The translations under genes were made by a program, and so were the position numbers. A stretch of 64,000 bases of DNA from Ignavibacteriota bacterium (lineage in GTDB: Bacteria > Bacteroidota > Ignavibacteria > UBA10030): positions 932,428 to 996,427 of the forward strand of contig CAVSHO010000009.1 of NCBI GenBank assembly GCA_963727825.1, written 5' to 3'. Position 1 is the stretch's first letter. Each line of letters starts with the position of its first letter. Below, in pieces: positions 46,152 through 56,865 of this stretch. Below the pieces are notes generated by a model. That model was not told the origin of the DNA. It worked only from the letters and a program-made list of their open reading frames with translations, and did no database searches.

Positions 46152-48789
46152 CTAATTATTAATTGTCGCCGAACGATGGTTCTGAAACTTCTTAATCGTA
46201 GCAAGAATTTCCTGCTTTATCATATCTCTTTGTGCAGCGTCGTCTAATTTTTTACCGTCACTATTTAACAAATAGAAAGAATCAACAATGCCGTCTACAC
46301 GCGTGGCAATTTTTGCAAATGTAATATTCAAGCCAAGACGCGAAATAGCATCTGTGATACTATACAGAAATCCAAGTGTATCCGGCGCATAAATATCTAT
46401 GATAGTGAAATGCGGATGGTCTTTGAACTCGACATCACACCGAGTATTCGGATTGATTTGCTGTGTCCGCCGTTTCCATCGTGCTTGGTGCCGTGCAATC
46501 AAGTCTGTGACTGCAGTTCGGTCTGCAATTACCTCTTTCAAATCTTGAGATATTCGATCGCGAGTTTCTCCGGAAAGCACAGCATGTGAAGCGAATTCTA
46601 TTACACGGAATTTGTCGATTACTATACCATCACGTCTTGTAAATATCTGTGCATCTAGAATATTTGCATCGTTCGCTGTTAACACTCCGCAGATTTTTGA
46701 AAGCACACCTGGAGCATCTTGGGCAATGATGGTAATTTCCGTATATGTATCGTATTGCTGGAAGAGAGTTCGGCCGTTTTCATGGCTGCGGATAATTTGA
46801 AGGTGTGCTGCAATTTCTTCCGATTTAAATGTGGAAAGGTACGCTGTGTCCGAAAATAGTGCAATGTGTTCTTCCACTTCTTCTGGTGGAAATTCTGGAA
46901 CGAGATAGCGCATTACATCTGTCCGTTTTTGTTCCACTTCCTGCGCAGTTCGCTCATGAATTTGTTCACTCGTCATTTCTTCTTCCAACGCAGCACGGGT
47001 TTTGCGGTAAAGATCCCGCAGTAGCAACTCTTTCCATTCTGTTAAAACATTCCTGTTGACGGCGGATAAGTCTGCGTATGTTAAGATGTATAGATAATCG
47101 AGTTGCTCTATTCGTTCAAATGTATGTGCGAATTCAGCAATGGTTTGTGGATCGTTTAGATTTCGCCGAAACGCTATCTGTTCCATCAATAAATGATGGC
47201 GAACAAGAAAAGCGACATCTTCCACGACATCGCCGTATCGCAACCGTTGTAAAACTCGCTTAGCTATCAGTACACCTTTGATCTCGTGATTGCCAATATG
47301 CAATGGCTTAGCGATGTCATGCAGCAGGCATCCGAGATACAGCTTGTCTCTTCGTGGAAGCGATCGGAAAACCACTCCAAATGACGAACTTGACTGCTCC
47401 AAAGTTTCAGCATTAAAAAGTGCAATCAATGTATGTTCATCAGCAGTATAGAAATGGTATTGGTTATGCTGAAAGAATGAAACCATAGGCTTCCATTCCG
47501 GTATCCATCGCTCTAGCAGTCCGAGTTCGTTCATCTTTCGAAGGGAATTGCCAACGCCATTTGGCTGATGCAGAAGAAGTCTGAACAAATCCGTTTCGAT
47601 TTGGTTGTTCAGCGGTCTAATAAAATGCAAACGGCGGTGAATAGCGTCTTCTAATTGAAATGAGAGTTCGGTATGGTGTTCGTTGCGCAACAGCAGTGCG
47701 CGAAGAAGGAGTTCATTAGAGATTGTTATGCCGCGCTTTGAGAGATAAATTCGTCTTTTGCGAAGGACAAACGGACCATAAAGCTTTGTTGTTTTCAATT
47801 CGAGTGCTTCTGCGGGCCACCGATCGGCTGCCCAATTAATTACGCGGGAGCAAAACAATGCGATAATGCGCGATGCGATGTAATAATCCTGCATGAAGCG
47901 TTCAACTTTTGTTCTCTTTAATCGTGAACGATAACGCAAATTAGAAGCAATATATGACTGTAAATTAAACTCCAATGTGTCATGCAATGCTTTTGATTGA
48001 ATATGCATTTCGTTTCGTATCCTGAGAAGAGTGTCGAATGCACTTTGTACTTCTTTCAGAAACGACGGATGTGAATTGATTCCTAATTGTGGTAGATTTT
48101 AACATATGAGTAATTGCAGTTTCAGCCGTTCCAAGTTCTTTAGGAATGTGTATTGTATCAGTCCCGCGCATAAGCCAGAATGCAGTGTGAATATCCCGCA
48201 ATCCCCCTGCACTGTTCTTTATATTCGGCTCCAATAGTTTTGAAGAGTTCCCGTATTTTTGATGGCGCGCATGTTGCAGCTCTGACATCTGTCGCACAAA
48301 AGCCTTATAATTGTCCTCTTTGATTTTATTCTTGATGGATGCAATTAATTCTCGATAGAGATCGTTATCTCCGCAAACAAATCGTGCTTCCATAAGAGAC
48401 ATTCGAGAATTGAAATCTTCTTCTGACAACGATAGGCATTCGCTAATGCTGCGCGTACTATGTCCAACATCAAGACCTATATCTAAAAGCATATGAAGAA
48501 AATTCTGAATTGCAGGCGCAGTGAACTGCTCTTGTTTGTCGGCAATTAGGAACATGATATCAGTATCGGAAGAAAAACATAATTCTTTTCTTCCGTATCC
48601 GCCTAATGCAATAATTGAAAGTTGTCGGGTGTCACCTTCAATGCGCTGGAATATAGTTTGCAATATTGTATCGAGATGATGCGTCAGGGCGAGGGCAACA
48701 CGGACTCCCCCTGCACCAGAGCGGTGCAGTTTCAGAATACCATATTTTCCCTTTTCATATTTTGTTTTAATGGGTTGAATGGTTTTCAC
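46152..48789 (-). CDS. glnD: [Protein-PII] uridylyltransferase GlnD, one-base frameshift near 48069
   Basis: ALGGYGRKEL..SDTDI, EPNIKNSAGGLRD, HD domain (LLHDIAK), two ACT domains. Removing one base joins ...NQFT to PSFLKEVQSAFDTLLRIRNEMH. Confidence 0.92.
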
Positions 48790-48924
48790 TGTGGTGTTAC
48801 TTCCATGTCATGAGCTGACAAATATCGAATACTATGCAAATCGAATATTTTAATCACAAAACTTGTAAAAGCCTGGGAACCATTTGTATAGTACATGGCT
48901 CACAAATAAATTCTTCATAGTATT

Positions 48925-50151
48925 TTAGAAAATATATCCGCTTTCTCCATGTTGGCTGAGGTCCAGTCCCCCCTCTTCATCCCGATCTTCAACGCGAAGA
49001 CTCATTGTCTTTTCCAGAACCTTTAAAATACACCAAGTCATTGTGAATGAGAAAACAATAGTTACTGCAACGCTGAACAATTGAATAGCGAGAAGAGAGG
49101 AGCTGCCGTACATAAGTCCATTTCCCCCTGCTGCATTCACTGCCGTTGTTGCAAACAAGCCGATTGCAATTGCTCCAAATGAACTGCCAACGCCATGCAC
49201 ACCAACGACATCAAGTGAGTCGTCAAAACCAAAGTGATTTTTTATCGAAACTCCCCAGTAACATACCACACCAAGACATAGTCCAATAAATATTGCTGCT
49301 ATAGGTGTCACGAATCCCGCTGCAGGAGTGATGCCGGCAAGTCCGGCGATTGCACCGGAAGCAGCACCTAGGACAGTCGGTTTATCACGTTTATACCATT
49401 CCATAAATACCCATGATAACATTGCCGCTGCAGCTGAACATTGAGTATTGATAAAAGCTGTAAGCGCTAATGTACCAGAGGTTAAAGCACTTCCTGCGTT
49501 GAAGCCGAACCAACCGAACCATAACAAGGCAGCGCCGGTTAACGTCATCGTCAAATTATGCGGCGGCATATGCTCATGGCCATAACTCTTACGTTTCCCT
49601 ACGACAATTGCCGCGGCAAGAGCAGAGACGCCGGAACTAATATGAACTACAAAACCGCCTGCAAAATCCAATGTACCTAATGATCGAAGCCACCCCCCGG
49701 CACCCCATACCCAATGTGCAATCGGCGCATAGACAAAGGTTGACCATAAAAGAAGGAATACGATATAAGTTTTGAATTTAAACCGTTCTGCAAAGGCTCC
49801 GGTGATAAGCGCAGGAGTTATTATTGCAAACATCATTTGATATATCATAAATGCCTGATGCGGTATTGTCGGAGCATAATCAGGATTTGGAGCTAGTCCG
49901 ACCCCAGAAAGTCCCGCCCAAGACAAATTTCCTATAACATGTCCACAATCTGGTCCGAAGGAGAGACTATATCCCCAAAATACCCATTGGAGTGTGATGA
50001 CACCTAGCGCAATGAAACTTTGCATAATCGTTCCGAGTACATTTTTGCGTCGTACCATGCCGCCATAGAATAATGCCAATCCCGGTGTCATCAGCATAAC
50101 AAGTGCTGTAGACACCATTATCCAGGTTAGGTCGCTTGAGTCTATTTTCAT
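48925..50151 (-). CDS. amtB: Ammonium transporter (copy 2)
   Basis: MTPGLALFYGG, DFAGG.VVH, WFGWFGFNAGS, DDSLDVVGVHG, GLDLSQHGE. Confidence 0.97.
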   Translation of the reverse strand: MKIDSSDLTWIMVSTALVMLMTPGLALFYGGMVRRKNVLGTIMQSFIALGVITLQWVFWGYSLSFGPDCGHVIGNLSWAGLSGVGLAPNPDYAPTIPHQAFMIYQMMFAIITPALITGAFAERFKFKTYIVFLLLWSTFVYAPIAHWVWGAGGWLRSLGTLDFAGGFVVHISSGVSALAAAIVVGKRKSYGHEHMPPHNLTMTLTGAALLWFGWFGFNAGSALTSGTLALTAFINTQCSAAAAMLSWVFMEWYKRDKPTVLGAASGAIAGLAGITPAAGFVTPIAAIFIGLCLGVVCYWGVSIKNHFGFDDSLDVVGVHGVGSSFGAIAIGLFATTAVNAAGGNGLMYGSSSLLAIQLFSVAVTIVFSFTMTWCILKVLEKTMSLRVEDRDEEGGLDLSQHGESGYIF

Positions 50152-50486
50152 AATGCTTCTTCTCCGGTTTCTTCTGTCCTAACCCGTATTGCTTCGTCAA
50201 CCTGTGAGATGAAGATCTTTCCGTCGCCAACTTTACCGGATTTTGCACAATTAATTATGATTGAAATTGCCTTTTCCAGACGTGCATCAGCAACAACGAT
50301 TTCCAGTTTAACCTTCGGTAAAAAATCTACCTGATATTCTGCTCCACGATAGACCTCAGTATGTCCTTTTTGTCTCCCGAAACCTTTGACCTCAATCATT
50401 GTCATTCCACGAAATCCCGCTTCTTGGAGTGCTTCGCGGATGTCGTCCACAACATGTGGACGAACTATTGCTTCAATTTTTTTCAT
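50148..50486 (-). CDS. glnK: PII nitrogen regulatory protein (copy 2)
   Basis: GFGRQKGHTEVYRGAEY51, GKVGDGKIF; coupled to amtB. Confidence 0.96.
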   Translation of the reverse strand: MKKIEAIVRPHVVDDIREALQEAGFRGMTMIEVKGFGRQKGHTEVYRGAEYQVDFLPKVKLEIVVADARLEKAISIIINCAKSGKVGDGKIFISQVDEAIRVRTEETGEEAL

Positions 50487-50542
50487 AAATGGCTTTCAGT
50501 ATGTCTATTGATAACTATTGAAGTAGGATATTTGAGTAATTA

Positions 50543-50558
50543 ATACTTAATTAAGTAT
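50543..50558. promoter_or_regulatory. Perfect 16-bp palindrome upstream of glnK copy 2 (candidate operator)
   Basis: ATACTTAATTAAGTAT. Confidence 0.35.
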
Positions 50559-50647
50559 CGTAATTAAATAATTTTTGTTAATTAATCAAGGTTGATGCGC
50601 TGAAAGCACGTTTTTTTAGGAAAGGTAAACATACTTGCTGGAGAGGG

Positions 50648-50687
50648 AAAAGGGCGCTTTTACCTCACAATTTTCAAGCGCCCTTTT
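50648..50687 (-). terminator. Terminator after amtB copy 1
   Basis: AAAAGGGCGCTT-N16-AAGCGCCCTTTT. Confidence 0.7.
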
Positions 50688-50697
50688 ATAGTTCGAA

Positions 50698-51924
50698 TCA
50701 GAAGATATAACCGCTTTCTCCATGTTGGCTGAGATCTAATCCCTCCACTTCTTGTTCTTGAGCAACGCGAACTCCCATTGTGCGATCGAGGATTTTTAAA
50801 ATTATCCAAGTTACACTAAAAGCGTACACAATTGCTACCGCAACACTTAAAAGCTGGACAAGAAAGAGGGATGGATTACCGAAAAATGCTCCATCGGCTC
50901 CGGCAGCATTGATTGCTTTTGATGCAAAAAGACCGGTTGCAAGTGCCCCAAAAGTGCCTCCGACACCATGAACACCTACTGCATCTAGCGAATCGTCAAA
51001 TCCCAATTTGTTTTTCATGTTTACGCCGAAGTAACAAAGTGCCCCAGCACCAATGCCTATAGCCAAGGCAGGTAGCGGACCAACAAAACCAGAAGCAGGG
51101 GTTATAGCTACAAGACCTGCCACAGCTCCTGATGCAGCACCAAGCAGCGTTGGTTTGCCGCGTAATTTCCATTCGACAAAAAGCCACGAAAGTAATGCTG
51201 ACGCGGCCGCGATGTGCGTAGTCATAAATGCAGATACCGCCAGCGAGCCGGATGCAACCGCACTGCCTCCGTTAAATCCAAACCAACCAAACCACAGTAG
51301 GGCTGCACCGAGTAACGTCATAGTCAAATTATGCGGCGGCATATGTTCATGCCCATGTCCTTTTCGTTTTCCTATTATGATTGCCGCGGCAAGAGCAGAA
51401 ACACCAGAGCTGATGTGTACTACAAGCCCACCTGCGAAGTCCAAAGCTCCTAATGATCGAAGCCATCCACCGGTGCCCCATACCCAATGTGCGAGTGGCG
51501 CATATACAAAAGTTGACCATAAGAAAACAAAAACTATGTATGTGCTGAATTTAAATCTCTCTGCAAATGCACCGGAAATTAAAGCCGGCGTAATAATGGC
51601 AAACATCATTTGAAACATCATGAATGCCTGATGTGGTACTGTTGCGGCATAATCTGGATTAGGAGTAAGCCCCACACCATTGAGACCAGCCCACTGAAAG
51701 CTGCCTATTAATCCTTTTATATCGGGACCAAATGCAAGCGAATAACCAATCAATACCCATTGCACTGTCACTATGCCAAGAACCACAAAACTTTGCATAA
51801 TCGTGCCAAGTACGTTTTTCTGTCTAACCATGCCGCCGTAGAAAAGTGCCAGCCCTGGCGTCATAAGCATTACCAGTGCTGTGGACACTAGTAACCAAGT
51901 AGTATCACCCGTATCTATTCTCAT
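50698..51924 (-). CDS. amtB: Ammonium transporter (copy 1)
   Basis: Same Amt signatures; twin His retained (VVHISSG, GVHGVG). Confidence 0.97.
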   Translation of the reverse strand: MRIDTGDTTWLLVSTALVMLMTPGLALFYGGMVRQKNVLGTIMQSFVVLGIVTVQWVLIGYSLAFGPDIKGLIGSFQWAGLNGVGLTPNPDYAATVPHQAFMMFQMMFAIITPALISGAFAERFKFSTYIVFVFLWSTFVYAPLAHWVWGTGGWLRSLGALDFAGGLVVHISSGVSALAAAIIIGKRKGHGHEHMPPHNLTMTLLGAALLWFGWFGFNGGSAVASGSLAVSAFMTTHIAAASALLSWLFVEWKLRGKPTLLGAASGAVAGLVAITPASGFVGPLPALAIGIGAGALCYFGVNMKNKLGFDDSLDAVGVHGVGGTFGALATGLFASKAINAAGADGAFFGNPSLFLVQLLSVAVAIVYAFSVTWIILKILDRTMGVRVAQEQEVEGLDLSQHGESGYIF

Positions 51925-52259
51925 AAGGCATCCTCTCCAGTCTCTTCTGTTCGTACGCGAATCGCTTCTTCTATGGGATAAATGAATATTTTTCCGTCGC
52001 CCACTTTACCGGATTTTGCGCATCGGATAATGCACGCAACTGCTTCTTCTATTCGATTATCTGCTACAACAATTTCTAATTTTACTTTTGGCATGAAATC
52101 TACCTGATATTCCGCTCCGCGGTAAACCTCTGTATGTCCCTTCTGTCTGCCAAAGCCTTTGACTTCCAGCATAGTCATCCCTCGAAACCCCGCCTCCAGA
52201 AGTGCTTCCCTAATGTCATCAACAGAATGTGGACGAACAATTGCTTCTATTTTTTTCAT
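51921..52259 (-). CDS. glnK: PII nitrogen regulatory protein (copy 1)
   Basis: PII signatures; Tyr51 retained. Confidence 0.96.
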   Translation of the reverse strand: MKKIEAIVRPHSVDDIREALLEAGFRGMTMLEVKGFGRQKGHTEVYRGAEYQVDFMPKVKLEIVVADNRIEEAVACIIRCAKSGKVGDGKIFIYPIEEAIRVRTEETGEDAL

Positions 52260-52663
52260 AAGGAATCCTTATTGTATTGATGAATTATTAATAGTAAAGA
52301 CTATTATCCATATGCCTTATTTACTATTGTAATATAGATATTTATATTTAATAATCAAAGTATTCTTAACATTAAGCAATATTAATAATTATCTATAAAA
52401 TGGATGTTGGCGAGAAATTTAACACCTGGCGGGGGGAAGTTAAAAACTATTTATACTTACGAAAAGGCGGTTTTATCGTGTGAAGACAATTGAAATGATT
52501 CATGAACGATGAAATAAAAACTGGTTCTTATTCCGATCATACAAATTGTCAGACCAATGAAATTTATTCATGTCGCAATGTCTTCTGAGGATTACATCAT
52601 TCTAGAATAATTGAAAAGCTAGCGCAAGTTATGAATAGCAGCATGTGAAATCAATTGCAAACG

Positions 52664-52873
52664 TTAATAAGGCGCATCGCCAACATATACAGAGACGTTG
52701 ACTAAACTATTTTCTGTTCGATAAAATGTAAATGGAAGCGAATGCTGAGATGATCTTGAAAACGCAACAACCGTCACTAAAGTAATAATAACTTGGAACA
52801 ATAAACCGCCAAGCAATTCCATAAATCTTCCAAGGAGCTTGAAAACAGGGTAGCCGGTTTCATGTATAAACAA
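52664..52873 (-). pseudogene. Fragment of an M50B-like membrane metallopeptidase
   Basis: IHETGYPVF..LG.FM.LLGG.LFQV...NVSVYVGDAPY resembles HEAGH...GGSLFQ...NVSVYIADA proteins, with a degraded HExxH and both ends missing. Confidence 0.45.
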
Positions 52874-52877
52874 ATCG

Positions 52878-53117
52878 ATGGAGTCGACGACCCAAAGAAC
52901 ACAAGAACAATGGTTACAGGATCTGAAAGCTGCAATTGTTGATGATTGTCCTAATTTGGTTTCACTGTATGATGGCTTTCATTATTCAATTGTTTATGAT
53001 TATTCTTCGACGCATATTTTTGTAATGAATCCATCGTTATGTAGTATAGGAAGCATTTTGAATGAGTTCCCAAAAGAAGGTTTGTCAGAATTTGGAATAG
53101 ATGGGCGATTCTTGTAA
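52878..53117 (+). pseudogene. Fragment resembling a C39-like cysteine peptidase C-terminus
   Basis: HYSIVYDYSSTHIFVMNPS pattern; no N-terminal catalytic Cys segment. Confidence 0.3.
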
Positions 53118-53537
53118 ATGGTTAAAAGCGACAATGGTTCGCCACTTTTATTTATTGGTTAGGTCGATTGTTCGTAATACTCACATCTCAAAACAGCCCA
53201 TATCTATATCTTGTAATGCTTATTGGATCGAGCGCCAAGCTCCCTCGAGAATAAGATGATCTAAACTTAATTGAATTTTTTTGTCACCTGTATCGCAACA
53301 GTCGGTTGTATCTTGTCCTTTTCCATTGAGAATATTCTCCTTAGGTTTTATGGATGTTCAACAAGTCGCCATAGACTACAGATAAACATTTTTATTGTCC
53401 AAACACTCATATTATTTACACATACTTTAAATGTAACTCGCGCTTCAGTTAATAATTCAGTAATTTATATCTTATAGGTTATGTTATCGTTATTGAACGA
53501 AGGAAAAAATATGGATAGGTTACAGATGTGTGACAAA

Positions 53538-54105
53538 ATGAAGAACATTTTGCTATCGATTATTCAAGCATTGATAATGTTGATAATAATGCAGAGTATA
53601 ATGTACGCCACAAAAGAATCTTATTCTCCGCGTACAAAGTGCTACAGCTGGAACGGTATACAACATCAGCACACTCATCTTCCCAATAAATACTGCCAAC
53701 GGTTATATTGATACGATCAAATATCGTGTTGGAGAAATCCGCTCTGCCAAAAACGATACACTGTGGGGCAATATTGCAGCGGTGATCATTACTTTGGATA
53801 CGACAATCACAGGAGTGCAATCAGAACAAGCAGTACTTCCAAAAACATTTAAATTGAACCAGAATTATCCAAATCCGTTTAATCCGAATACAACAATCAG
53901 TTTCGATTTGCCGAAAGAATCTTTTGTTACACTTAAAGTCTATGACATTTCGGGACGTGAGGTAGCAAACTTAATAAATGCAGCCATGACAGTTGGAACC
54001 CACTCAACAGTATGGGATGCATCTAAATTTACCAGTGGGATCTATTTCTACAAGCTTAGCACCGATTCCTACACAGCAACAAAAAAGCTGGTACTGTTGA
54101 AATGA
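53538..54105 (+). pseudogene. Internally deleted T9SS-secreted protein with intact C-terminal sorting domain
   Basis: Signal-like MKNILLSIIQALIMLIIMQSIMYA in one frame; FKLNQNYPNPFNPNTTISF...SGIYFYKL...TKKLVLLK in another; almost no cargo in between. Confidence 0.6.
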
Positions 54106-54449
54106 GTTTATGCGTAGAAATAAGAAAGAGCGTTTGAAGTTTCGAATACAAATCCTTTTAATGCTTTCTTCTTCATTCTATTGAAGTTTGTTTTGGAAAA
54201 GAAATAGGCAATATTGGGAAAAACCAAGGGAGTGACTTTCGAGGCTACTAAAAAGGCCTTCTATTATAAATAAGCCGAAGAAATATTTTATAAGATGTTG
54301 CTCCTTATTGACTTTGGTTTGTGAAATTCCTAAAGTCTGATGTAGCACGGGACTAACAAAGACCGGACACACTATCAGGGACTCACCTTAACAAGCTCAA
54401 TATAATAGTCAACGAGCTTAGTAGAGAATTGTTGAAGTAAAAAACAATA

Positions 54450-54600
54450 CAAACTGCATCAAGTACTAGTTCAACGACCTGGTTGGCAATTTCAATGAAT
54501 GGTTGTTACTGTCTACCAATATCCCAAACCGGTGAATTTCCATCTTCATAATGTTTAGCAAATCCTTCAAGGGCTTCTGATTTATCATATTTTTCATTTT
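54450..54600 (-). pseudogene. N-terminal remnant of a class I SAM methyltransferase
   Basis: Minus strand reads FAKHYEDGNSPVWDIGRQ*QPFIEIANQVVELVLDAVC, resembling PWDIGRPQP...VLDAGC, with an internal stop. Confidence 0.5.
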
Positions 54601-54638
54601 ATACTTTTCTAACTTTTATTATTAATTGATTCGATTCG

Positions 54639-55466
54639 CTATCGATGCCGCCTGTGGAATACCTTCACCTGCGAAAAGTCCGCCCGGTTAAACCGTTGAA
54701 CGCACAGTGAAAAAAAGAGTATTCCTATCAGAACGACTATTGCCAGTGCTATGTGTGGCGTCACAATAAGGCCGCCAATGTCGAACGCAATGCCATTATG
54801 TAGCATTGCGGCTTCTGTCATTTCGTCCATTTCCAGCGCTATGGAACGGAATGCCGACGTGGTGTAGGTCAGTGGATTAATATAGATGACGGGACGGAGA
54901 AAGCCCGGCAGCACCGTGGTTGGTATGTATGCTCCGGATAGAAATGTCAACGGCATGGCGATAACCGATATCATTACCTGAAACGTTGAAGAATTCTTCG
55001 ACAACGTCGCCAGGTATAATCCTATGGATGCAAAGGTGATGCCGACGACCGCCATCATAACTCCCATCTCTATAAAATGGAAGAGATCAAGCTTCAGTCC
55101 TATAAAAAGGCCGATGATGACGATAAGCATTCCCTGCAGGACGGAAATCACTGTTGCAGACGCAATCTGTCCCAGAGAGATCTGCCATCGTGCAATGGGC
55201 GCAACCATAATTTCTTTCATAAAACCGCTGGCAACGTCTTCAATAATATTCATGGAATTATTCAGGGCCGACTGAAATACCGTCATGATAATGATGCCCG
55301 ATATGAGATAGCTCATCGGAGCGGCAATGCCCGTTGCCGCCGCTTTCATAACGAAGGAAAAGATGAACAGGAAGAATCCGGACATAAAGAGCGTGAAAAA
55401 GAATCGCATTTTATCACGGCTGAATGCCGTCAGATTTCGGAAGAGAATCGCTTTAATGGCACGCAT
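54639..55466 (-). CDS. ABC-2 type exporter permease (DrrB-like)
   Basis: GFMKEIMVAP, FLSGAYIP, INPLTY. Confidence 0.92.
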   Translation of the reverse strand: MRAIKAILFRNLTAFSRDKMRFFFTLFMSGFFLFIFSFVMKAAATGIAAPMSYLISGIIIMTVFQSALNNSMNIIEDVASGFMKEIMVAPIARWQISLGQIASATVISVLQGMLIVIIGLFIGLKLDLFHFIEMGVMMAVVGITFASIGLYLATLSKNSSTFQVMISVIAMPLTFLSGAYIPTTVLPGFLRPVIYINPLTYTTSAFRSIALEMDEMTEAAMLHNGIAFDIGGLIVTPHIALAIVVLIGILFFSLCVQRFNRADFSQVKVFHRRHR

Positions 55467-56380
55467 TATTTTCGAATCTCCTTTCCAGTGATTGCGATGA
55501 AGACATCATTCAATGTTCCTTTGTGTACTTCAAAATCAATAATGGAATCCTTCCACCGTGAGAGCAAATCCAGTGTCGCAGTGATGCTTCCGGATTGGAC
55601 CAAGAATACATCGTCCTTCTCGCTGAAAGCAATTTCATTTTTTCGAAGATACTCCTGCAACCCAATACCGTCAGAGGTTTTTATTTTCACGATGTCCGAT
55701 GTATGCATGCGCTTTAAATGCGATGGCGTGTCGAAGGCGACAATTTTTCCATGGTCAATGATGGCAACCTTGTCGCAGATTTCCGCCTCGTCCATATAGT
55801 GCGTTGTCATGAAGATTGTCATGTTCTTCTGCCTCTGCACCGTGCAGATGTAGTCCCAGATATTTGCCCGCGTCTGCGGATCCAATCCGGTTGTCGGTTC
55901 ATCCAGAAAAAGTACTTTAGGGAAATGCACTAATCCCCGGGCAATCTCCACCCGCCGCTTCATGCCGCCGGAGAGGCTTTTCACCATCGCCTTCTGCCAA
56001 TCCAGAAGACCAACCAGGTCAAGGGCAAAACCGATGCGCTCTCGGACTTCCTCTTTGGGAACCCTGTAAAAATCACAGTGGAGAGCCAGATTTTCTTCCA
56101 CCGTCAGATTACTATCGAGTGTCGATTCCTGAAAGACAATGCCGATATCCCTGCGGACTTTTGCCTGATCGGCATCGACATCATGTCCGGCAATTTTCAA
56201 TGAACCACTTGTTTTTTCAAGAATGGTACACAGCGTGTTGATTGTTGTTGTCTTTCCCGCCCCGTTTGGCCCCAGGAAAGCAAAGACGGATCCTTCGTCC
56301 ACATCAAAGGAGATATTGTCGACCGCGAGTTGATCGCCGTAAGCTTTTGTGAAATTATGAACTTCAATGATTTTTGACAC
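55466..56380 (-). CDS. ABC exporter ATP-binding protein (DrrA-like)
   Basis: GPNGAGKTT, LSGGMKRRVEIARG, LDEPTTGLDP, TTHYMDEAE. Confidence 0.95.
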   Translation of the reverse strand: MSKIIEVHNFTKAYGDQLAVDNISFDVDEGSVFAFLGPNGAGKTTTINTLCTILEKTSGSLKIAGHDVDADQAKVRRDIGIVFQESTLDSNLTVEENLALHCDFYRVPKEEVRERIGFALDLVGLLDWQKAMVKSLSGGMKRRVEIARGLVHFPKVLFLDEPTTGLDPQTRANIWDYICTVQRQKNMTIFMTTHYMDEAEICDKVAIIDHGKIVAFDTPSHLKRMHTSDIVKIKTSDGIGLQEYLRKNEIAFSEKDDVFLVQSGSITATLDLLSRWKDSIIDFEVHKGTLNDVFIAITGKEIRK

Positions 56381-56505
56381 GATACCCGTTTCTCCAATTT
56401 TTAATTGCTGTGGTGTAAATCATTTGATGCAAGAACTGCATCGAAGGATGTCGCGGTCTGGACAGAATAAAAGACCGTTTTCAGAACCGGCACGAATTCA
56501 GAAGA

Positions 56506-56853
56506 CTATTTCTCTTCTTCTGCTTCGCCTTCCGTCGGCATGTCATGCCAGCGTTGGTGAAGTCTATTCTTGAATTTTTCGCGCTCTTCTGGTGTCATTG
56601 CCGCCAGCCGCTGTTCGAGCTTGTACGACAATCGCTCGTGGCGCCAATGGTGCCGGTCATGTCCCCAGCCCCGCAATAGAATATGCGAAAGCACAAGCAG
56701 CCCAATGGCCTGCCAATACGTGATCACAGGACCTTTAAACAACTCAGGTACGAGTGCATTCCATAGTAACATGACAACACAACCAATGACAAAGACGGCG
56801 ATGATGGCGATCGCCAGCATTTTTCCCGCTCTCAACAACCACTTGCTCTTCAT
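56506..56853 (-). CDS. Small membrane protein typical of Bacteroidota ECF-sigma operons
   Basis: VMLLWN.LVPELF...ITYWQA.GLL.L, then MTPEEREKF. Confidence 0.7.
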   Translation of the reverse strand: MKSKWLLRAGKMLAIAIIAVFVIGCVVMLLWNALVPELFKGPVITYWQAIGLLVLSHILLRGWGHDRHHWRHERLSYKLEQRLAAMTPEEREKFKNRLHQRWHDMPTEGEAEEEK

Positions 56854-56865
56854 ATCATTCTCCTT

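Noticed and set aside
47980-48100. Programmed ribosomal frameshift in glnD
   Set aside because: No slippery heptamer or stimulatory hairpin at the junction; an indel error is simpler.
55077-55799. 240-aa plus-strand ORF
   Set aside because: Antisense to the ABC permease/ATPase genes; no recognisable domain.
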